Assembly: GCA_043798915.1 (NCBI GenBank)
Contig: JAZDOG010000013.1
Coordinates: 1-18,390 of the forward strand
Reading direction: 5' to 3'
DNA length: 18,390 nt
From: Pseudomonadota bacterium
GTDB taxonomy: Bacteria > UBA10199 > 2-02-FULL-44-16 > JAAZCA01
Below, one piece after another: positions 9,001 to 15,662 of the stretch; position 1 is the stretch's first letter, and each line of letters begins with the position of its first letter. The position numbers and the translations under genes are program-made. The notes below the pieces were generated by a model. It was given only the letters and a program-made list of their open reading frames with translations, ran no database searches and was not told the origin of the DNA.

Positions 9001-10648
9001 CGCCTTTGAGTGTCTTGAAAATCGCCTGCTGCATGGCGATCAGGAATCCGATGGGGTTATTCTCCGGCGTCTTCGCGTCAATCGAGGGCATTCTCATCTC
9101 TATTTGCACGCCTTTTCTGGCGGCGAACTGGGCGCTCAGCACGACCGCGAGCGCCATGGTGGAGTCGAGCCACTCCAGATCGAGCCCCCTCGATATGACA
9201 TATCTGAGAGCGGACTCTTCGTTCAGTTTGTCCGGGCGGTTCTCCATCGGCTTGGGCCATTCCGAATCCTGTTTCGATATGGCGTCTATTGCATACCCTT
9301 CGGGCACGTGTGAAGCAGGGATCATCCCACTGCTGATGGATATCAGGGTGTTTCTCATCCCGGCGCCCAGACCCAGGGCCCCTTGCAACAGATTCATCCA
9401 TCTCTTGGATACGCCATTCGGCTGCGGCTCGGCTGCGGCTTTCAGGAGGTCCTCGGTGATATCCCTGAGGTCTTTCAGCGGCAGACCGCTGTATATGAAC
9501 AATTGCAATAATACCCAGTTGGCGTCCTCGTTTTTATCTTTGGTTATTCCGGCATAGGCATCTGCGGTTTCCACCGCACCTTCCGGCAGTGATTGTCGTG
9601 TTCGATGGGCTACAACGACCCCCGCTATTTTGGGAAACCAGAATTTGGCAAATTGAGTCCAGATATCTGCGAGGGCCGACTTGAATATGCCGGTGTTTTT
9701 GTCGTCGCTCAAGAATGCCGCCTCGCCGCCTGAATCCCGGATTGCCTGCAGCAGCAGCGTCAGCTTCGGCTGCATGTCTTCTGGCTCGGGCGCAGCGGCC
9801 GCATGTGCAGCGACGGGTGGCGGTTGAGGCTCGGCAGTTGTCGGCTGAGGTACAGGTGCCGCAGGCAACGCTACCGCTTCGACTCGCACGGGCGTTGATG
9901 AAGTCGACGGGACATCGACTGCCTTCTGTCTGAGCTTGGGAAAGTTCTTGCCAGTTATCACTATCTCAATCTTCTCACCATCAGCATCGTGGCTGACGTG
10001 TGCCTCTCCGCCTAAATCCTGGACCACTCGCAACAGCTGCTGCATTAGATCGACGCCACTGGGTTTTTGTGGCGATTGAGGTACGGCGGCTTGCTGAGGC
10101 GGGGAGGACGGAGGCGGCGCTTTCCTTTTGCCGGGCTTGTCATCATCGCCGCCCTGGTCGTCGTCATACTTGCGTTTCAGGAATATCGACCCCAGCAACG
10201 CCAGAAAGGCAGCGCCCACCACCCACCTGAGGCCGCGCGTCGAAACGTGCTTGAACATGACGTCGTGGCATTCGGCGCCGATCTTTTCGAGTGCGGCAGG
10301 ATCGGCTCCAGAGCGACCGGGGAGGATATTTTTATTGAGAGCGTTGAAGTCCTGGCAGAAGCGCACCTCGACCGGCGTCTCCCAGGAGAGAAGACTCGAT
10401 GTCGGGCTGTAGCTGTCGAGATTCACCGCCTGACGATTATTCCGGTTGCAATATGGGGCATCCTTCCTTCGAGAAGCTTCCTCCGTCGTTTGCTGGCCGG
10501 GTGCCCTGCTGCCAGGACCGCGCCTGTAAAGATTATTGTAGTAATTTTGGGGTTGATAGGGAGGGACAGTGTTCGCCTTTTCCCCTTCGTTGCAGAGGAA
10601 GGGATCGAGTCTTTCAAGCAGTCCGATGTCTATTATACTGCGCGCCAT
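6059..10648 (-). CDS. Paralog C (1529 aa): 4-Cys N-domain, membrane helix, two internally repeated degenerate modules plus a C-terminal pseudo-HATPase, conserved C-terminal tail
   Basis: Long ORF; membrane helix WVVGAAFLALLGSIFL then KRK; LDLEWLDSTMALAV occurs twice; the final module (GWKLDIVSRPGTGTTATLTI) is clearly homologous to the 679-aa neighbour but has GYNG in place of SDNG and lacks the ATP lid. Confidence 0.88.
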   Translation of the reverse strand: MARSIIDIGLLERLDPFLCNEGEKANTVPPYQPQNYYNNLYRRGPGSRAPGQQTTEEASRRKDAPYCNRNNRQAVNLDSYSPTSSLLSWETPVEVRFCQDFNALNKNILPGRSGADPAALEKIGAECHDVMFKHVSTRGLRWVVGAAFLALLGSIFLKRKYDDDQGGDDDKPGKRKAPPPSSPPQQAAVPQSPQKPSGVDLMQQLLRVVQDLGGEAHVSHDADGEKIEIVITGKNFPKLRQKAVDVPSTSSTPVRVEAVALPAAPVPQPTTAEPQPPPVAAHAAAAPEPEDMQPKLTLLLQAIRDSGGEAAFLSDDKNTGIFKSALADIWTQFAKFWFPKIAGVVVAHRTRQSLPEGAVETADAYAGITKDKNEDANWVLLQLFIYSGLPLKDLRDITEDLLKAAAEPQPNGVSKRWMNLLQGALGLGAGMRNTLISISSGMIPASHVPEGYAIDAISKQDSEWPKPMENRPDKLNEESALRYVISRGLDLEWLDSTMALAVVLSAQFAARKGVQIEMRMPSIDAKTPENNPIGFLIAMQQAIFKTLKGAPKGATIDISTSPLSGAPKKIVVGVRSQPRPGRETAAPSVSSAPESGEAVALPAAPVLNEAPPPAPSSTSALSALIEAAAGRLETADPLHLNKDIAEKLRLLARALKASGAESFFTDENAGLLKSIIEDAWPQFAQLWLPQIAEAVIAHRKKATLTTGDVVIAHQKEASLSKEAVEIANAIARAIGKKDGHAPAVDDGAYSAPDADWVVSQLLKGGLQPLGELQNIILALKALRETTPVPQSIGGSARWSARWNDMLEGSLVYGMRTTLMSLARAMDPNHSKLEDYAEDAITDPESEWHKPIAGRPDKLDEETAFEYAISKRLDLEWLDSTMALAVALNIHAAAEKKLRIEMKVPLIPSQVPIENRMGLLIAVQGAIAAVINETVTDETTIMGSMFINVSPSPDFDASPKIMVGVVVRGMSFFTREIDLPWISTPSALDVLPAATPKNFYAPRNDFDASNVASMLEQVKTAMGRLIEAAQAQLISGDARAEALSKALDDRRDMNWTQADWTGREHIHALVALAQAQLISEQRIDAAQANASVGIVALPIAPAGRSGLDWAQKQWNKIQLALPPGDRFEAVKNLIIDIERLGRLAPMLRSEETLGLMGDLATRFEQVVLGETVPKAMDELTSAAMHIKNGDEQAGAKTLDDLHEAIDKALATNEQLAKLQKALLPVIPAIANGMTVPGDSFEAAFNKATHRMGDVIIDTGHVLNALALASHHLPDEKQSAIRAAFARSEFNLSNMNGLLASARMLNLLAAQKPNKAGIRIKKLETNISVPSKEGPQLFRIVYKMIRNPALSGATEIEVSAAREGKALKIIIGYNGAENSIVELRKLCDAKGWKLDIVSRPGTGTTATLTIADEWVADVFPAPRGGSGSGGSGAARSSKTPPPIPADALGKTGVSSSASAAAGIPRIVVAGVSGMSRPRIAMPDSKRRGAAWRHRMAEQSHPDAANVQQQGAEVFLGITPAPPPPVVAVPVF
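7750..9881 (-). repeat. Intragenic tandem duplication, two units of ~320-370 aa (about 9881-8920 and 8861-7750)
   Basis: Identical 18-mer ggcaacgctaccgcttcg (EAVALP) at 9864-9881 and 8844-8861. Shared peptides include SEWxKP, RPDKLxEE and LDLEWLDSTMALAV (9143-9184 and 7994-8035). Boundaries are approximate. Confidence 0.9.
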
Positions 10649-10694
10649 GGATGTGCCTTCCCTTCAATATCGGTCACACGCCTTCCAGTCCCTC

Positions 10695-10725
10695 TTTTCG
10701 CACTATTGCCGAAAAAGTTGCGTGG
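10695..10725 (-). promoter_or_regulatory. Putative sigma28-like promoter of paralog C (and B)
   Basis: The minus strand reads CCACGCAACTTTTtcggcaatagTGCGAAAA. The 13-mer CCACGCAACTTTT is identical to 17695-17707, with the same 14-nt spacing from GCAAC to a CGAnAA box. Confidence 0.45.
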
Positions 10726-10787
10726 TTTTTTTAGATATTTTTTTGGCTCCGCCAGGGGCGTCCCGTTGCCGTTCAATAGTTGCTCAT

Positions 10788-12827
10788 CTAAAGCCCTGGC
10801 ATGGCCATCGGCACGGCCACCGGAGGTGGTGCCGCTGGGATGGCGCCGAAGAGCACCCCGGCGCCGCGCTGCAGGGCGTCCGAGGCATCCGGATGAGATT
10901 GACTTGCCATGATTCTATGTCGCCAGGCTGCGTCGTGTTTCGGGTGGGGTGGCGACATGCGCGGTTTTGACACGCCTCCGGATACGCCGGCGACGACGAT
11001 GCCTGGCGCCATGGCCGCCGCTGAAACGCTGCCGGAATTTCCAGCGCCGCTACCGGCCCCGGGGGAGGCAGGGGTTTTGCCGCTGCCCGTTGCCCATTCA
11101 TCGGCGATCGAGATCATCACCGTTGTTCCCTTTCCCGGTTCGGAAATGATATCGAACTTCCAGCCGTTTGCGCGGCAGAGTTCCCGCAATATGGCGATTC
11201 CGTTTCCCTTTCCAGATTTGCCGGGACTCATGCGCGTGCCATTCATCGCTGCGCGAAGTTCCTCCTTCGTGAGGCCAGGGCCGTTGTCGGAGATGGCGAT
11301 GTTGAGCTTTCCGTCGCTTTGAGAGGCCGTTGCGGTGACCTGTGTGCCGCCGCTGTGCTGCACGGCATTGTAAAAGCCCTCGAATATGAAGCGGAAGAGC
11401 TGCCGTTTTATCTCTGGCGGCACGGCGGCGTCCGTTTCGAGCGCATTGATTTTGATCTGGATATTGCGCCTTTTCGCCTCCTTTTCGCTCAACCAGCGCG
11501 CTGACGCAAAGAGACCATTGATGCTCGACAGGTCAAATTTTAACCCGACCAGGACACTGCGGATAGCTTCTGGATCTTTTTCATCTATAAGAATGGGCAG
11601 CACGGCAATAAGGGGCGAAAGGATGTTGCCCGTGTCGTGGGCCACTCCTCTCAGCTGTTGTATTGCTGCGGCATCCAGGGCCGTCGCGTCGTCGGGGATA
11701 ACCATCCCCCCTTCAACAGCCTGGATTGCAGACAGGAACTTTCTTTTAAACTCCTGCAGTTGCTCCAGCTTCGCATTGATATCTTTGGCCGCGTCATTCG
11801 CTTTTTTGATCCAATTTTTGCCGAATTCCTGATCCCTTCGTCCTATTAAAGAAGCGCCCTGGGTCATCATGGCCATGATGTTTGGCATCGCCTCCTCCAG
11901 CACGATTTTCTCGAAGCGATCCGCGATGATGCGGATGAGATCAGCAGTCTCGCCGCTCCGGAGAAACGGGGCGAGCCTCCCGAGCCTGCCGGCGGCGGTG
12001 AGAAGTCCTCGGCTTGAATCGGTTTGGTATTCCGGCGGGAGCTTATTCCATTCCTTCCGCACCCACTGCTTTTCGTTCTGGCCGGCCTTGATGAACAGCG
12101 CGTTCGACAGCTCCGAAATGCGCGGGTGGTTGACGAACAGGGCCCGCGCCGCATCGACCAGTGCGACGAGGGTTTTTTCCACCTGATCAAGGAGAGGGGC
12201 GACATTCGCGGCGTCGGAGCCCTCCTTGAGCTCGTACATTTCAGGCTGCGTTGGCCGGGGCGTGGAGATAGGATTCGGGTCGTCAGAAGATTCGGCGCCG
12301 GAATTTTTCTTCAAATCCTCCCTCCCTTGAGGGGAGGGAGTCAGAGGGAGGGTGATCTTTCCCATCGAGGGAGAGGGAAAAGAGGAATCAGGTGTGGGGG
12401 GCACGCGCAATGCCGCGTTTTCTTCGGGAGGATCATCGCCGCCGCGGTTGCGCTTCAGGATCTTTAATATCAGCGCCCCCAGGCCCACCGCCAGAATTCC
12501 CGCGCTTACCCTGCCGATGATGCGCACCCTGACGTGCTTTGCCAGGATACTGCCGCAGTCGTCACTTATCTGTTTGAGCGCCGCGGGGCCGGCTCCGGAC
12601 TGGCCGGAGAGAATGTCTCTGTTGAGCGCATTGAAGTCCCGGCAGAAGCGCACCTCGACCGGCGTTTTCCAGACGAGGGCGCTCGACATCGAGCTGTAGC
12701 TCGTGAGGTCCACCGCCTGACGATTTTTCTGATCGCAGTACGGGGCATCCTTCCTTTTGCCTCCTTCGATGCAGAGAAAGCGGTCCAGCTTTTCAAGCAA
12801 TCCGGTGTCGATCACGCTGAGCGTCAT
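10788..12827 (-). CDS. Paralog D (679 aa): membrane-anchored histidine-kinase-like protein with apparently intact motifs, 4-Cys N-domain and conserved C-terminal tail
   Basis: SD AGGAGG; membrane helix IIGRVSAGILAVGLGALILKIL; H-box-like VAHDTGNIL, N-box EGFYNAVQHS, G1 ISDNGPGL, G2 GKGNGIAI, and SEPGKGTTV. Confidence 0.88.
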   Translation of the reverse strand: MTLSVIDTGLLEKLDRFLCIEGGKRKDAPYCDQKNRQAVDLTSYSSMSSALVWKTPVEVRFCRDFNALNRDILSGQSGAGPAALKQISDDCGSILAKHVRVRIIGRVSAGILAVGLGALILKILKRNRGGDDPPEENAALRVPPTPDSSFPSPSMGKITLPLTPSPQGREDLKKNSGAESSDDPNPISTPRPTQPEMYELKEGSDAANVAPLLDQVEKTLVALVDAARALFVNHPRISELSNALFIKAGQNEKQWVRKEWNKLPPEYQTDSSRGLLTAAGRLGRLAPFLRSGETADLIRIIADRFEKIVLEEAMPNIMAMMTQGASLIGRRDQEFGKNWIKKANDAAKDINAKLEQLQEFKRKFLSAIQAVEGGMVIPDDATALDAAAIQQLRGVAHDTGNILSPLIAVLPILIDEKDPEAIRSVLVGLKFDLSSINGLFASARWLSEKEAKRRNIQIKINALETDAAVPPEIKRQLFRFIFEGFYNAVQHSGGTQVTATASQSDGKLNIAISDNGPGLTKEELRAAMNGTRMSPGKSGKGNGIAILRELCRANGWKFDIISEPGKGTTVMISIADEWATGSGKTPASPGAGSGAGNSGSVSAAAMAPGIVVAGVSGGVSKPRMSPPHPKHDAAWRHRIMASQSHPDASDALQRGAGVLFGAIPAAPPPVAVPMAMPGL
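12316..12380 (-). repeat. In-frame REP-like palindromic element in the linker of paralog D (encodes FPSPSMGKITLPLTPSPQGRED)
   Basis: The minus strand reads ttccctctccctcgatgggaaaga-tcaccctccctctgactccctcccctcaagggagggagga, with a 9-bp stem ctccctccc/gggagggag (12318-12340). This segment has no counterpart in paralog C. Confidence 0.65.
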
Positions 12828-12914
12828 GGCTGTGTCCTCCTGTTTTTATGCCTCCCCCTGCCGTTCAATTCCCTTGCCCTTTCGCGGGGCATCTGATTAA
12901 AAGGTGAACCCATT

Positions 12915-14630
12915 ATGGCCTATCAGGTTCTCGCCAGAAAGTATCGTCCGCAGCGGTTCTCCCAGGTTGTGGGGCAGGAGCACGTGACGCAGACGCTCAT
13001 GAACGCGCTCGCCGCCGGCCGCCTCCATCACGCCTACCTCTTCGCCGGGGCCCGCGGCACCGGGAAGACCACTGTTGCCCGCATACTGGCTAAAGCCCTC
13101 AACTGCAAGCAGAAAGAAGGCGCTGAGCCTTGCGGGACGTGCATTCCCTGCACCGAGATCACGGGAGGCGCGTCTTTAGACGTCCAGGAGATAGACGGCG
13201 CGTCAAATACAGGCGTGGACGACGTCCGCGAGCTGAGGGAGCATGCCAGATACATGCCGTCGTCCGGAAAATATAAAATATATATCATCGACGAAGTGCA
13301 CATGCTTTCGGGCAGCGCCTTCAACGCGCTGCTGAAGACCCTGGAGGAGCCCCCCGCGCACGTCGTCTTCATCTTCGCCACGACCGAGGCTCACAAGCTG
13401 CCGGCGACGATACTCTCGCGCTGCCAGCGCTACGACTTCCGCAGAATCCCGCTGCAGGCGATGGCCGACACGCTCGGGCGCATCGCCCTGGAGGAAAAAG
13501 TTGCGGTCGACGTTGACGCGCTGAGGCTCATCGCGCGCGAGGCCACCGGTTCCTTGCGCGACGCTGAATCGCTCCTCGACCAGGCGATCGCGTTCTCGGG
13601 TGGAACAGTCAGCGCCGACACGATCAAGGCGATGCTGGGCTTTCTCGACCGCAAGCTCCTCTTCGACGCGGTCGGTGCGGTGATCGCGCGCGATGCGGCG
13701 CGCGCGCTCGCGGTGCTGGACGAGGTCTTCAAACAGGGCGCGGACCTCTCGCGCTTCGCGATGGATATCCTCGAGCTTTTGCGCCACATGCTCGTTCTCG
13801 CCGAGTGCGGGGATGAGAGGGGGGCCGTGGATCTCCTGCCGGACGAGGTGGGGCAGCTCAAGGCGATGCTTGCGGGTAATGCAGTGCGGGGTCCCGAACT
13901 CCATCAGATGTTCTCGCTCTGGTATCGCGTGGCGGAGGATGTCCCGCGATCGCCGTTTCCAAAGATGCTCCTCGAGGTGGGGCTCATGCGCCTCTGCCGT
14001 GTGGGTCCTGTGAAGCCGATCGAAGAGATAATGGCCAGGATAGATGCAGTGATCGAGCAAGGATCAGAGAGCAACCGCCCGCTTCGGGGAGACTCCTCCT
14101 TGGGAGACAACTTCGGAGGGGAAAACCCCCTCCCCACCGCTGGCGCGGCGGTTCCCCTCCCCAGTCTCCCCAGGAGGAATCTCCCCGCGCAGGCGGTTCC
14201 AGAGGTGAGCCCGGCTAAACCGACCTTTGAGCCGGTGGTGTCGCCGCTCGATACTGTCGCGGAAAAGAGGTGGGAGGAGTTCATGCGCTTTCTCGCCACA
14301 GAGAAACCGCAGATCGCCTCGCTCTTCCAGCACGGCGTGCTCGTCGGGATCGACGACGGCGTCGTGAAGGCGACGTTCGACAATCCGCTCTATTCCGACA
14401 TGCTCTCGGAGGCCTCGAGGAAGGCGCAGGTAGAGGGGCTCTTCGAGGCGTTCTTCAAGAGGCCGATGCGCCTCATGGTTGGCCGCAGCGGCGGCCCGTC
14501 TCCGTCCGGCGCGCGCGGCGAGCAGAAAAAGGAGATGATGCGAGAGGCGCTCGGCAGCGACATCGTCCGCCAGGCAGCCGACATATTAAACGCGAGGGTC
14601 CATGAGGTGAAGGTCGAGGGAGAAAAATAA
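12915..14630 (+). CDS. dnaX: DNA polymerase III subunit gamma/tau
   Basis: YQVLARKYRPQ N-terminus, Walker A GARGTGKTT, Zn-binding cysteines, DEVH, SRC motif; followed by ybaB and recR. Confidence 0.99.
   Translation: MAYQVLARKYRPQRFSQVVGQEHVTQTLMNALAAGRLHHAYLFAGARGTGKTTVARILAKALNCKQKEGAEPCGTCIPCTEITGGASLDVQEIDGASNTGVDDVRELREHARYMPSSGKYKIYIIDEVHMLSGSAFNALLKTLEEPPAHVVFIFATTEAHKLPATILSRCQRYDFRRIPLQAMADTLGRIALEEKVAVDVDALRLIAREATGSLRDAESLLDQAIAFSGGTVSADTIKAMLGFLDRKLLFDAVGAVIARDAARALAVLDEVFKQGADLSRFAMDILELLRHMLVLAECGDERGAVDLLPDEVGQLKAMLAGNAVRGPELHQMFSLWYRVAEDVPRSPFPKMLLEVGLMRLCRVGPVKPIEEIMARIDAVIEQGSESNRPLRGDSSLGDNFGGENPLPTAGAAVPLPSLPRRNLPAQAVPEVSPAKPTFEPVVSPLDTVAEKRWEEFMRFLATEKPQIASLFQHGVLVGIDDGVVKATFDNPLYSDMLSEASRKAQVEGLFEAFFKRPMRLMVGRSGGPSPSGARGEQKKEMMREALGSDIVRQAADILNARVHEVKVEGEK
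14073..14198 (+). repeat. 126-nt palindromic element in-frame within the dnaX linker
   Basis: 24-bp arms cggggagactcctccttgggagac (14085-14108) and gtctccccaggaggaatctccccg (14164-14187) with 2 mismatches; outer stem aaccgcc/ggcggtt; inner stem ggaggggaa/ttcccctcc. Confidence 0.8.
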
Positions 14631-14631
14631 A

Positions 14632-14946
14632 ATGGATATGAATGCATTGATGAAGCAGGCGCAGGAGATGCAGGTGGCGATGGCGAAGAAGCAGGAGGAA
14701 CTCGCCGCGCGCACCTTCGAAGCGAGCGCCGGCGGCGGGATGGTGACGGCGGCCGTGAGCGGAAAGCATGAAGTGGTGAAGCTCTCGATAGACCGCTCGA
14801 TCGTCTCAGCCGACGACGTCGGGATGATCGAGGATCTGGTCATCGCGGCCGTCAACGAGGCGTTCAAAAAAGCCAACGATGCCGCGCAGGAGGCCATGTC
14901 TGGAATGATGGGCGGCCTGGGCGGCCTGAAAAACATGTTCGGATGA
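14632..14946 (+). CDS. ybaB: YbaB/EbfC family nucleoid-associated protein
   Basis: MKQAQEMQ, AGGGMVT and EDLVIAAVNEA motifs; canonical position between dnaX and recR. Confidence 0.97.
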   Translation: MDMNALMKQAQEMQVAMAKKQEELAARTFEASAGGGMVTAAVSGKHEVVKLSIDRSIVSADDVGMIEDLVIAAVNEAFKKANDAAQEAMSGMMGGLGGLKNMFG

Positions 14947-14947
14947 C

Positions 14948-15538
14948 ATGACGAATCCAATCGATCGCTTGGTCCATGAACTTGCGAAGCTGCCCGGGAT
15001 CGGGGAGCGCACTGCCACAAGGCTCGCGTTTTTTATTTTGCGCGAGCCGGACGAGTATGCGCGCTCGCTCGCGCAGTCGCTCATCGATGTCAAGGAGCGC
15101 GTCAAGCTCTGCTCGGAATGCTGCAGCCTGACCGAGGCGGACCCGTGCGCAACCTGCCGCGACCAGCGCCGCAACCAGGAAATTCTCTGCGTCGTCGAGG
15201 ATCCGTCGGACATGCTCGCGGTCGAGCGCACGCGCGCCTTCCGCGGCCGCTATCACATCCTGCACGGCGCGCTCTCGCCGCTGGACGGAGTGGGGCCGGA
15301 CGATCTGAAGATCGCCGAGCTCCTCCGCAGGCTCGAGCGCGGCGGCGTGAGCGAGGTGATCGTCGCGACCAACGCGAACGTCGAGGGCGAGGCGACCGCG
15401 CTCTATCTCCAGAAGGTCATCCGGCCGACCGGCATCAGAATCACGCGGCTCTCATCCGGTATCCCCGTCGGCGGCGATCTCGAATACATCGACGCATCCA
15501 CTCTTTCTCGGGCCTTCGAGGAGCGCCGCGAAATCTGA
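14948..15538 (+). CDS. recR: Recombination mediator RecR
   Basis: HhH motif LPGIGERTA, C4 zinc finger, Toprim domain (CVVE, YHILHGALSPLDG, EGEATA). Confidence 0.99.
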   Translation: MTNPIDRLVHELAKLPGIGERTATRLAFFILREPDEYARSLAQSLIDVKERVKLCSECCSLTEADPCATCRDQRRNQEILCVVEDPSDMLAVERTRAFRGRYHILHGALSPLDGVGPDDLKIAELLRRLERGGVSEVIVATNANVEGEATALYLQKVIRPTGIRITRLSSGIPVGGDLEYIDASTLSRAFEERREI

Positions 15539-15597
15539 GATAATTTTATTTCTCCCAAATCGTTGATATAATTGAATATATTTATTTATTCTTCCGC

Positions 15598-15626
15598 GCA
15601 ACTTCCGGGTGCCTCCCAGCCGATAA
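15598..15626 (+). promoter_or_regulatory. Putative sigma28 (FliA)-type promoter
   Basis: Perfect GCCGATAA at 15619-15626, with GCAAC 16 nt upstream, preceded by an AT-rich tract. Confidence 0.6.
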
Positions 15627-15662
15627 TATAGATGAGAAGGTTTTAGACAATTGGAGGTCCAT

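Noticed and set aside
838..12827. Diversity-generating retroelement or invertase-driven variation of the array
   Set aside because: There is no reverse transcriptase or recombinase in the window, and the differences between repeats are too few to show an adenine-specific pattern.
963..12900. Numerous + strand and alternative-frame ORFs overlapping the four large genes
   Set aside because: They are antisense or frame shadows expected in GC-rich coding DNA, with no motifs or ribosome-binding sites.
12828..12914. SRP RNA (ffs) or tRNA upstream of dnaX, as often found
   Set aside because: The gap is only 87 bp and has no SRP or tRNA consensus, only a small GC hairpin.
12915..14630. E. coli-type -1 frameshift site (A AAA AAG) in dnaX
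   Set aside because: I found no such heptamer or long A-run in the linker region. The GAAAAAG near 13494 has only five As and lies in the clamp-loader core.
15651..15662. TTG start for the orphan gene
   Set aside because: The TTG overlaps the GGAGG SD, so the ATG at 15663 is better placed.
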